DNA from: an uncultured Clostridia bacterium | GTDB lineage: Bacteria; Bacillota; Clostridia; TANB77; CAG-508 | DNA length: 64,000 nt | Direction of reading: 5' to 3' | Assembly: GCA_934122155.1 (NCBI GenBank) | Contig: CAKOVX010000001.1 | Coordinates: 109,195-173,194, forward strand | In this document: positions 10,524 to 19,424 of the stretch, piece after piece | How positions within the stretch are numbered: position 1 is the first letter of the stretch | Layout: each line of letters begins with the position of its first letter | Program-made: the position numbers and the translations under genes | The notes under the pieces: model-generated | The model's input: the letters and a program-made list of their open reading frames with translations, nothing else | Told to the model about the DNA's origin: nothing | The model's database searches: none

Positions 10524-11402
10524 TTATTTCCTTTCAGGTAAACTTATCCAACTTCCCAATGTATAGTCCCATATTTCTGGTGAGAATTCTTCTAATCCAC
10601 TACCTGGAAAAAATGTAATTTCTCCGAAATAAATCTTCTCATTTGCTTCATAAAAATCTATTCTAGCAAAAGGTATATCCCTTGACAATTTTTCTGCTAG
10701 TTCTATCATTTTAGCATAATTTTTGGGTTTATCAATTTTTTTACTAGATGATGGGTAATGTCTCTCAAATGGCATCTTATTCCAGTCAATATCAAAAAAT
10801 GTAACTTTTAATCCTTCTAAACTTCTTCTTTCCGTACATACAAATGAGCACCTAACTTTTCCATTAAAGCACATGAATTTATAGTCATTTAGATCATCAT
10901 TTCTATGATCATTAATAAGTTCTTCCACTATTATTCTTGGTTTTACATTCTTATATGGCCACTCTCTCCCACAGTAAAAAAAATTAGTTTTCAAGCATTT
11001 ATTTATTTTTTTTCTTGCTTCTATTATGTTTAATTTTTCTTTATCCTTGCAAATTATTACTCCCCCTGAGTCATGTGTACATTTTATTACAAATTGATTT
11101 GGTAACTTATCAAAATCTATCTCATCAAATGTAGAATACACTCCTATTGTTGGTATTATATATTCATCTCCTATAACATTTTTAACATATTGCTTAACTT
11201 CATATTTATCAACCATTACTGTGTATAGATCATTTCTATTGTATAACTTTAGCCATTGAAGTTTTTCATTAAATGTTTGTGGCTTTTTTAAATTAATTTT
11301 TTTTCCTATTGTATTGTAATATAATATTTTTAAATATATTTTATCTGGTATCCAATTAAGTAAATGTCTCCTAGACATTGCACCCCAAATTTTATTTTTC
11401 AA
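10524..11402 (-). CDS. ATP-grasp fold amidoligase, TupA-like (copy 2)
   Basis: Same family motifs (KLQWLKLYNRN, FVIKCTHDSGGVIICKDK, YKFMCFNGK). The two paralogs flank the flippase. Confidence 0.65.
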   Translation of the reverse strand: MKNKIWGAMSRRHLLNWIPDKIYLKILYYNTIGKKINLKKPQTFNEKLQWLKLYNRNDLYTVMVDKYEVKQYVKNVIGDEYIIPTIGVYSTFDEIDFDKLPNQFVIKCTHDSGGVIICKDKEKLNIIEARKKINKCLKTNFFYCGREWPYKNVKPRIIVEELINDHRNDDLNDYKFMCFNGKVRCSFVCTERRSLEGLKVTFFDIDWNKMPFERHYPSSSKKIDKPKNYAKMIELAEKLSRDIPFARIDFYEANEKIYFGEITFFPGSGLEEFSPEIWDYTLGSWISLPERK

Positions 11403-12487
11403 TTTTTTCCTCCAATAATTTTTTTAAAGTATTCTATATATTGATTATATATTTTTTCAGTTGAATGTGTCGTGTTGATTTTTTTGCTATTTTTAGATAT
11501 TTGTTTTCTAAGTTCTGCATTAGATATCAGATTTCTAATTTTTTGAGTTATGCTTTCCACATCATCTACTGGAACCAAATAGCCATTTATTCCGTCTTCA
11601 ATTAGCTCTGCTGGTCCCATATCACAATTTGTAGATATACATGGAATTCCTAATGCCATTGCCTCCATTAACGCATTTGGCATTCCTTCAAATCTTGAAG
11701 TTAACAAAAATAGTTGTGACTTAGCTACCTCAAAAATCGCATATTGTGTATTGCCCGGCAAAAAAATTTGATTTTTCATTTTTAGAGTATCAATTAAATT
11801 TTCTAGATCATTTCTCAGAGTTCCTTCTCCATATATTATCAACTTATACTCTGGATGTTCTCTAAGTATAGGTGCGCATGCTTTTATCATAACGTCATGA
11901 GCTTTTTGATATTCTAGTCTCCCCATTGTTGTTATTAAATTTTCAGACATTATACTTTTTGGGTCCACCTTATCTAGTATTGGATTTCCAATAGCATTAT
12001 GTATCACTATACTCTTGGCCTGCACTTTTTTAGAATAACATTCTTTTGCACGTTCTGTTTGGAATATAAATCCGTCACAATTGCGGCTTGAAATTTTGGA
12101 TAATATTTTTTTTATGCCTTTAACTTTATTAGGATTACATCTTTCCGATGAAACTAGCTTTATTTTTGATTTTCCAAACCATTTGTACATTAATGCATAT
12201 ATATTTATATCCCAAAACATCGTAAATACTAGGTCTGGTTTTATTGAATATAAAGTATTAAACATAAAACTCACTCTTTGTTTAATTCCCGCTATCTTTC
12301 CACATTTCTTTTTAACTTTGTTATTTATGAATTTAACTTTTGGATTTAATGTATAGCTAGATTCTCTTTCATCAAAACTAATCAAATATGTTTCTATTCC
12401 ATTCTCAGATAAGTATGATGATAAGGTTGTTGCTACTCTTTCTGCTCCTCCCATTGTCAGAGATCCCATTAGAACTACAATCTTCAT
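11399..12487 (-). CDS. Glycosyltransferase family 4 (GT-B fold)
   Basis: EGMPNALMEAMALGIPCISTNCDMGPAELIEDGINGYLVP is the E-X7-E GT4 C-terminal motif. Confidence 0.75.
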   Translation of the reverse strand: MKIVVLMGSLTMGGAERVATTLSSYLSENGIETYLISFDERESSYTLNPKVKFINNKVKKKCGKIAGIKQRVSFMFNTLYSIKPDLVFTMFWDINIYALMYKWFGKSKIKLVSSERCNPNKVKGIKKILSKISSRNCDGFIFQTERAKECYSKKVQAKSIVIHNAIGNPILDKVDPKSIMSENLITTMGRLEYQKAHDVMIKACAPILREHPEYKLIIYGEGTLRNDLENLIDTLKMKNQIFLPGNTQYAIFEVAKSQLFLLTSRFEGMPNALMEAMALGIPCISTNCDMGPAELIEDGINGYLVPVDDVESITQKIRNLISNAELRKQISKNSKKINTTHSTEKIYNQYIEYFKKIIGGKN

Positions 12488-12509
12488 TAAAACATTCCTT
12501 CCTTAACAC

Positions 12510-13670
12510 TTACATAAATAATATATTATAGTATGGCATCAAGCAATATCCATCCCACATTCTCCATATTCTAAATGCAAGCCATAGTAAGCATACTGTT
12601 ACTGCAGTCACATCATAAATTATAGTATATTTTTTAGGTATTTTTTTTCTATAAAACATATATATATCTGCGTATAATATATATCTTAATAACTCAAAAA
12701 ATAGTAACATTCTTCCAGCACCATTTATTATAAGAAATACCGGTAATACAATAACTTGAAAAATATAAGTTTTATATAATATTTCATGATTATGTTTTTT
12801 AATATCTTCAACTAAATTATCATTTAGCATTAGCATTACATAAAAAATAATTATAGGTATATATCCATATAATGATATTTCAGTACTATTTATATATCTA
12901 CTAAATCCAGTATGATTTAGCATTAACTGAACTATTGGTATCATAACCATGCTTAATAAAAATATTGAACCACTAAATATTAATAGCTTTTTCTTGCTAT
13001 TAATAATCTTGGATATAATTTTGTCAAAAATACCATAAATAATTAGTATTATTGCAATATAATGATTTAAAAAAGCTATAATACAAAATAGTAAATATTT
13101 TATATATTTTTTCTGACTCAGAAAATAGAGAGCAATATATCCTATAAAAGTTGCATATATATTTCGAATTATATTTAAACTTCTCAAAATTGGTATGAAT
13201 GAAAGTATTATCATTAAGCATTCTCTTTCATCATTTATAAACTTATCTACTATAAATATATATGCTATTATCATAAACGAATAAATAAAAAACTCAAATA
13301 TTGTAAAGTTGCCTCCAAAAAACTTTACTAAACACATAAAATTGTAAAATAAATATTCATATCCACTCAAACTTATAATATCTTTTATGTCAAACTTTAT
13401 ATATGTAAATCCGTCGAAAAATCCCATATAATTATAGGTATCTGCTCCACCGACTTCATTTCCGATGTATCTAAATACTAAAAAGATTATAAGTATACTG
13501 TAAATTATAGTATAATATATGTACTTTGTCTCTATATTTAATTTATAAATTTTAAAAGTTTTATGTTTATTTTTGCTTCTAATCGCTAATGCAAATAAAA
13601 TAGATATCAAACTTGCAAGTAAAAGGTATATCATTAGAGTATTTGTACTCCACTGTTTCGCTATTTCCAT
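12510..13670 (-). CDS. wzy: Polysaccharide polymerase (Wzy / EpsG-like multi-TM protein)
   Basis: 386 aa, ~10-11 TM helices, no soluble domain; located between glycosyltransferases in a Wzx-dependent locus. Confidence 0.5.
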   Translation of the reverse strand: MEIAKQWSTNTLMIYLLLASLISILFALAIRSKNKHKTFKIYKLNIETKYIYYTIIYSILIIFLVFRYIGNEVGGADTYNYMGFFDGFTYIKFDIKDIISLSGYEYLFYNFMCLVKFFGGNFTIFEFFIYSFMIIAYIFIVDKFINDERECLMIILSFIPILRSLNIIRNIYATFIGYIALYFLSQKKYIKYLLFCIIAFLNHYIAIILIIYGIFDKIISKIINSKKKLLIFSGSIFLLSMVMIPIVQLMLNHTGFSRYINSTEISLYGYIPIIIFYVMLMLNDNLVEDIKKHNHEILYKTYIFQVIVLPVFLIINGAGRMLLFFELLRYILYADIYMFYRKKIPKKYTIIYDVTAVTVCLLWLAFRIWRMWDGYCLMPYYNILFM

Positions 13671-13684
13671 TTTTTCTCCTATCC

Positions 13685-14776
13685 TTAAAACATAACATTG
13701 ACAAAGTTATCCACAACATTCTGTATAAGATATCCTTTATTCTTAAATTCGTTATATGTATTATTTCTTTTTTTTGAATATAATTTTTTAACTGTATTTG
13801 CCCATTTATTCGCACTGTCACTTAATGACATATATTTTACTAGACCAGTTATATTAGCCTCTTTAGTAATTGTATCTGATATAACCGAATTAAGCCCTGA
13901 TGCTTGAGACTCAATAATTACATTAGGCATTCCTTCATAGAATGAAGGAAACACAATAATATCAAATGCAGAAAAAAATTCATTTGCTTTGTCTGACATT
14001 CCATAAAATATAATATTATTTTCTATTTTTAATTTTTGGGCATATCTCTTAATTTCTTCCTCTAGTGGTCCTGTACCAATTGTTAATAAAACATATTTAT
14101 TAGAAGTAGAAATTAATTCTTTCATTATATCTAATAAAAATTTATGATTTTTTTGATTACTATATCTTCCAATATGCCCTACAACTATTTTATCTTGAAT
14201 ATTAAGTTTCTCTCTGATTTTTTTTCTGTTTTCATTATTAAAGGCATATTTTTCAAATTCTAATCCATTTCTTATGTATATTACTTTGCCTTTCTTTGTA
14301 GCTCTTTTTCCAAACATATATATACCAGCTTCAGTTGATGGTGCTATTTTAATATTTACTATCCAATTTGAAATTGGTCTAAATATATAATGTAATGCTT
14401 GGTTTAGCTTACTTCCACAACTATTTGTATTGCTAGATCTTAACGCAAGTTTTTTAGCTCCTCCAATTCGAGCAGCCAAAAGTTCTAAACTAGAAATGGA
14501 ACTTTGAGATATTCTAAGAACATTTTGATAGTTATTTTTTCTTACAATTTCTTTTATCGATATAAAATTTTTTAAAATTCCTTTTGTTTTAGGTACAACA
14601 TGAAAAATTCTTCCTCCCATAGACAAAATTTCATCATCATAAAAGCATTTTTCTGTTTTAGCTACTGCAAAATCCATTTGATATTTAGTTTTATCTAATC
14701 GCCTATATATTTTCATCAAAAAAGTTTCTGCTCCTCCAGCTTCCATTCCGCCTACAATACATAAAAGCCTTTTCAT
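13685..14776 (-). CDS. Glycosyltransferase family 4 (GT-B fold)
   Basis: FPSFYEGMPNVIIESQASGL motif; GGAETF N-terminal motif. Confidence 0.75.
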   Translation of the reverse strand: MKRLLCIVGGMEAGGAETFLMKIYRRLDKTKYQMDFAVAKTEKCFYDDEILSMGGRIFHVVPKTKGILKNFISIKEIVRKNNYQNVLRISQSSISSLELLAARIGGAKKLALRSSNTNSCGSKLNQALHYIFRPISNWIVNIKIAPSTEAGIYMFGKRATKKGKVIYIRNGLEFEKYAFNNENRKKIREKLNIQDKIVVGHIGRYSNQKNHKFLLDIMKELISTSNKYVLLTIGTGPLEEEIKRYAQKLKIENNIIFYGMSDKANEFFSAFDIIVFPSFYEGMPNVIIESQASGLNSVISDTITKEANITGLVKYMSLSDSANKWANTVKKLYSKKRNNTYNEFKNKGYLIQNVVDNFVNVMF

Positions 14777-14783
14777 ACTTCAC

Positions 14784-15681
14784 CTACTCTCTTATCTTCT
14801 GATATGCTTTTTTTATAAAAGCTCTCGTTTTGAAAAAAATATTTTTTTCACACTTTTCCCATTTTTCAGCATATTTTTTGAATACATCTATTTCCGTCAA
14901 GTCATATAACGCCATTAATAATTGTATATGAAGTTCATGATAAAACGGACTAGCAATTATTTTTTCGCTATCATACTTACTCCAATAGTTAAGATCAAAC
15001 TTTGAAATATATTCTTCTAATGTTTTTATTGTTCTATTTAAAAATTCTTTTGTTTCAATATCGTCATGTTTTATTATGCAATAGTCATATAAGCCAAATA
15101 TTGAAAAAATCCATCCATTTAAAACAGTTGGCAATGTTGGATATTCTTTCAAAAATATCTTATCACCTTCATAGTAGGTTACTCCACCTGTTTCTATGTC
15201 TTTTTTCATGAAATTCATTGCTTTTTCGGCAGATTCAAGATATACTCTTTTTTCAAGTTTTACATATGCTCTCAATAGCAATGAAATTCCCTCTCCTTGC
15301 GCCATTGATGAATATTGGTTTTCATAGTCAAATGACTTCCAACCTCCGGTTTTCGTCTTGATTGTTAACTGCCCAGTTAGCAGCTTTTTCTAAACAATCT
15401 ATGTATTTTTCATCATCGCTTGATAAATACAAATCATATGCCGCTAGTCCATATTGAAAAACACCTATGGAAAAGTAATATTTTGTGCCATCTTCCTTTG
15501 TGTACATTGGTAGTTCTCCAAATTTCTCTGTGCTCTTAGTAATTTTCTCTGTTAAATCATTGTAGTATCCCGCAATTCTGTATTTTGAGTAATTCTTTCC
15601 TATTTTTTGTTTTACATGCAATATACTTTTTCCAGTAATCATCAAATACCACTTTTTTAAGTTATACCTATTTAAAGCCAT
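14784..15681 (-). pseudogene. D-glucuronyl C5-epimerase-like gene (PF06662-type C-terminal domain), split into two ORFs by a frameshift
   Basis: ORF 15681..15328 ends ...AANWAVNNQDENRRLEVI*. The ORF beginning at 15305 (MAQGEGISLLLRAY...LNGWIFSIFGLYDY...) is open further upstream in another frame (GGWKSFDYENQYSSMAQGEG). The W-x-SMAQG-x-S-LL-RAY and LNGFxYSxxGLYD patterns parallel heparosan/heparan glucuronyl C5-epimerase. The shift lies near the A4 run in GACGAAAACCGG. Confidence 0.6.
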
Positions 15682-15695
15682 GCTATTTTTCCTTT

Positions 15696-16727
15696 CTATT
15701 CTATATATTTTGTAAGTGACTGTATTGCTTTACTAGGCATATATTTTTCAGCCTCTTTTAAACATATTTTTTTCATGTCTAAAATATTGTACCTTTTTGA
15801 GTATATATCTTCTAATATTTTTTCAAATTCTTCGTCATTTTTTGTTTCAAATATAAAACCATTTTCATTATTTCTTATTATGTCTTCATTATATCGCCAG
15901 TTTGATGCAACAACTGGCACTCCTGCTGAAAATGCATCTATTATTGTTCCTGCTAATCCCTCTCCCTCATAATAAGTTGGAAAAAGTAACAAATCGTATT
16001 GTTTTATGGTTTCTACTGATTCTTCTGATCTTACTATTCCTTTATAGCAAATACTAAATTGATTCTGCCTTTTCATTATGTTTTCAAACTTTTCTTTATA
16101 TTCATTTCCTATTGGGCCATAAATATCTAGTTTATATATAACCTTTTTATGTTTCATATTAATTTTATTTACAACATTTATTGCATTTTCAATTCCTTTT
16201 TCTTCTATTACCCTAGAAAAAGTACATACATTTAGTTGCGTATAATTCACATCCTTAATTTCACTTTCTTTTATAGGTTGAATATTTTTAAAATTTAACA
16301 TAATTTCAACATTTTGCACACCAAGCATATACAGTTTTTGTTTCATTTTATTAGTTTCAACAAATATTTTGGTTAATTGCTTTGTTTTCTTAAGTAACCA
16401 TTTATTATGTTCTAAAAATTCTGGTAGCCATCCTCCAACAACTGCATAGAAAATCTTTTTATGATAAAATTTGTTCCAAAAATTAAAAAATGGTACAAAT
16501 ACTTTAACTCCATTATGTGCGGGTAAAATTATTAAATTTTCTGTATTTTTTAGTTCTTTTCTACATTTTCTAGCAAAATATATTGGATGTTTTTTCCAAT
16601 TAAACGTATCTATTTTACTAATATTTTCTTCTCCATATTGCTTTACAAGTTCATTGTATATATTTTTTGTTTTTACTGTTTGCCCATCCAAAAAATTATT
16701 GTTTCCGACCAAAATGACCACAAACAC
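15696..16727 (-). CDS. Glycosyltransferase family 4 (GT-B fold)
   Basis: FPTYYEGEGLAGTIIDAFSAGVPVVASNWRYNEDIIRNNENGFIF E-X7-E motif. Confidence 0.75.
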   Translation of the reverse strand: MFVVILVGNNNFLDGQTVKTKNIYNELVKQYGEENISKIDTFNWKKHPIYFARKCRKELKNTENLIILPAHNGVKVFVPFFNFWNKFYHKKIFYAVVGGWLPEFLEHNKWLLKKTKQLTKIFVETNKMKQKLYMLGVQNVEIMLNFKNIQPIKESEIKDVNYTQLNVCTFSRVIEEKGIENAINVVNKINMKHKKVIYKLDIYGPIGNEYKEKFENIMKRQNQFSICYKGIVRSEESVETIKQYDLLLFPTYYEGEGLAGTIIDAFSAGVPVVASNWRYNEDIIRNNENGFIFETKNDEEFEKILEDIYSKRYNILDMKKICLKEAEKYMPSKAIQSLTKYIE

Positions 16728-16751
16728 ATACTTTATTCATTACATTTCTCC

Positions 16752-17498
16752 CTATTTTATATGTAATATTTTAATCATTCCCCACCAGCATATATGAAAA
16801 GCGGAACGTATTACTGATAAGTGTTCTATTTCTCTATATAATTGCCAATGGTATTTTATTAAACTTAATTTATTACTTGATATTGAATTGTTACGTATTC
16901 TGTATTCCATTAAAACATCTGGCATTCCATATATAAATTTTTCTTTTTTTAGTATTTGAAGCCATAATGCATCATCATTTCTTTTACGTATGTTAGGTAC
17001 CTCAAATTTTCCTAGATTGTCGACATTATACATTACTGTTGAATTTCCAACTGGACAATCCAATAGTATTCTATTGTAATTTGCTTTTTTCTTTGTCTTT
17101 ATAACTTTGTTTAATTTATTTCCTTCTTCGTCAATCTGTTCGTATGCTGTACACGTAAAATTGTAATTGTTTTTTTTCATAAACTCTAGTTGTTTTTCTA
17201 ATTTTTCTTTTTTCCATAAATCATCACTATCCAAAAATGCCATATAATTCCCTGTTGCCATTTTCATAGCTGTAGTTCTTGCAACTGCCGCCCCACTGTT
17301 TTTTTCAAGTTTATGATATTTAATTCTTTTATCGTTAAAACTTTCTACAATTTCTTCTGTATTGTCATTTGAGCAATCATCTACAATTACTAATTCCCAA
17401 TTTTCATATGTCTGGTTAAGCACTGATTCTATTGTTTCTTTAATAAATTTTGCACAATTATATGTTGGCATTATTATTGATACTAGTTCGTTTTCCAT
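16752..17498 (-). CDS. Glycosyltransferase family 2
   Basis: SIIMPTYNCAKFIKETIESVLNQTYENWELVIVDDCSNDNT and DSDD motifs. Confidence 0.8.
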   Translation of the reverse strand: MENELVSIIMPTYNCAKFIKETIESVLNQTYENWELVIVDDCSNDNTEEIVESFNDKRIKYHKLEKNSGAAVARTTAMKMATGNYMAFLDSDDLWKKEKLEKQLEFMKKNNYNFTCTAYEQIDEEGNKLNKVIKTKKKANYNRILLDCPVGNSTVMYNVDNLGKFEVPNIRKRNDDALWLQILKKEKFIYGMPDVLMEYRIRNNSISSNKLSLIKYHWQLYREIEHLSVIRSAFHICWWGMIKILHIK

Positions 17499-17523
17499 AA
17501 ATTAAAATTCCTCATTTTTTATT

Positions 17524-18210
17524 TTAAAATACTGTTTTAAAACAAATTTTTATATCTTCCCATATATTAAATTTTTTAATATACTCTAAATTCCATTTCA
17601 TCTTTTCTGGCAAAATTCTTTTAACATAAATATCGTCTATTTTTTCGCCTTTATTTAGGTATTTACTTATTATTTCATCTTCATCTTTGTATTCTATACT
17701 TGCTCTTGATGATATACCTGCTGGCATAAGTAATGTTGCCTTCATTTTATTTGAATATTCTTTTACATATTTTTCAACCTCAGGTCTTGTTCCTACAAAT
17801 GACATTTCACCTTTTATTACATTTAAAAGTTGGGGTAATTCATCAAGTCTACATTTTCTTATCTTATTTCCAACTTTTGTTATTCTTGGGTCTTGCCCCA
17901 TTGTAACTAAGGCTCCTTTTTTATCTGCATCTTGCACCATTGTTCTGAATTTGAATATTCTGAATTTTTTGCCATATTTAGTTATTCTTTCTTGCCTATA
18001 AAACACTGGACCTTTTGATTCTAATTTTATCATTATTGCTAGTAATAGCATTATGGGAGATAAAATTATTAATAAAATCAAAGCTGCCAAGAAATCAAAA
18101 ATTCTTTTTATTATTAAGCTAATCTTTTTATGTTTAAGAATTTCATAGTATTCTTTTGTTTCATTATTTTTCATACATTCTGGCAAGTCTTCATATTTTT
18201 TTAATATCAT
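17524..18210 (-). CDS. Small monotopic phosphoglycosyl transferase (bacterial sugar transferase, PglC/WbaP C-terminal-domain type), the initiating enzyme
   Basis: Re-entrant helix motif RIFDFLAALILLIILSPIMLLLAIMIKLESKGPVFYRQER and LDELPQL...GEMSFVGTRPE. The size and the neighbouring PglE/PglF-like genes suggest a 4-amino-4,6-dideoxy-HexNAc or diNAcBac donor. Confidence 0.8.
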   Translation of the reverse strand: MILKKYEDLPECMKNNETKEYYEILKHKKISLIIKRIFDFLAALILLIILSPIMLLLAIMIKLESKGPVFYRQERITKYGKKFRIFKFRTMVQDADKKGALVTMGQDPRITKVGNKIRKCRLDELPQLLNVIKGEMSFVGTRPEVEKYVKEYSNKMKATLLMPAGISSRASIEYKDEDEIISKYLNKGEKIDDIYVKRILPEKMKWNLEYIKKFNIWEDIKICFKTVF

Positions 18211-19424
18211 TTTGTATATTCCTCAACAATTTCTTTAAAGTTGTCTATAATATAATCTACTTGTTCATCTGTTAATTTACTATATAATGGTAAAGTAATT
18301 TCATTTTTATAAAAATCAAACGCATTAGGATAGTCTTTTATGTCAAAGCCTAATTTTTGGTATGCTGTAAGCATTGGAAGTGGTTTATAGTGTACATTAC
18401 AAGCTATTCCTCTTTCTGCCATTTTTACTATTATTTCATTTCTTTGTTTCTCATCTATTCCATTTACTCTTACAAAATACAAATGTCCTGATGATCTATG
18501 ATTTTCATCTTTATGATTTAGTAGCATTACTGGTAAATCTTTAAATGCTTCATTGTATTTTTTTATGATTTCGTGTCTTCTCTCTATTAGTCCTTCATAT
18601 CTTTCCATTTGAGCAAGACCTATTCCTGCCATTATATCTGTCATATTGCATTTGTAATATGTGTCCACAATGTCATATTCCCATGCTCCTAATCCATTCT
18701 TGTGCATAGCATCTTTTGTTTGTCCATGTAAAGAAAGTAACTGATATTGTTTATATATTGCTTCATTATCTAAACCTTCTTTGCTTTTCCAAGTTGCAGC
18801 ACCACCTTCTGCTGTTGTTAAATTTTTAACTGCATGAAATGAAAATGTTGTAAAATCTGCAAACTCTCCTGACATTTTTCCATCTTTTTGTGCTCCAAGT
18901 CCATGAGCACTATCTGATACAACAATTATTCTGTTATATAGTTCTTGTATTTCATTATTAGGTTTAAATAAATTTTTCTTTTCTTCTACTATTTTAAATA
19001 TTTTATCATAATCAACTATAATTCCTGCTATATCAACTGGTATTATTACTTTTGTCTTTTCTGTAATAGCATTAGCAAGTTGTTCATAATCCATTTCAAA
19101 TGAATCTTTTTGTGTATCAACTAAAACTAATTTAGCACCTAAGTGTGCAACTGGGCTAGCTGAAGCTGTATATGTATAGCTTGATGTTATTACTTCATCT
19201 TCCTCTTTTACACCTAATATTCTTAAAGTTAGTTCAAGTGCTGCTGTTGCTGAATTTAAGCATACAGCTCTTTCTGTTCTACATAAATTTGCAATTTCTT
19301 TTTCAAATTGTTTTGTTTTAGGTCCTGTTGTAATCCAGCCTGATCTTAATGTATCTACAACTTGTTCAATTTCCTTTTCTCCAATATCTGGAGGTGAAAA
19401 AGGTATATTCATTTTTGTATTCAT
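18207..19424 (-). CDS. DegT/DnrJ/EryC1/StrS family PLP-dependent aminotransferase (PglE/Cap8-like UDP-4-keto-6-deoxy-HexNAc 4-aminotransferase)
   Basis: Family-typical N-terminus (FSPPDIGEKEIEQVVDTLRSGWITTGPKTKQFE); predicted lysine region (SFHAVKNLTTAEGG). Confidence 0.8.
   Translation of the reverse strand: MNTKMNIPFSPPDIGEKEIEQVVDTLRSGWITTGPKTKQFEKEIANLCRTERAVCLNSATAALELTLRILGVKEEDEVITSSYTYTASASPVAHLGAKLVLVDTQKDSFEMDYEQLANAITEKTKVIIPVDIAGIIVDYDKIFKIVEEKKNLFKPNNEIQELYNRIIVVSDSAHGLGAQKDGKMSGEFADFTTFSFHAVKNLTTAEGGAATWKSKEGLDNEAIYKQYQLLSLHGQTKDAMHKNGLGAWEYDIVDTYYKCNMTDIMAGIGLAQMERYEGLIERRHEIIKKYNEAFKDLPVMLLNHKDENHRSSGHLYFVRVNGIDEKQRNEIIVKMAERGIACNVHYKPLPMLTAYQKLGFDIKDYPNAFDFYKNEITLPLYSKLTDEQVDYIIDNFKEIVEEYTK

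Noticed and set aside
13024-13821. Short overlapping minus-strand ORFs (65 and 80 aa) within and next to the wzy-like gene
   Set aside because: They overlap a better-supported multi-TM gene or an intergenic junction in alternative frames and have no RBS; likely spurious
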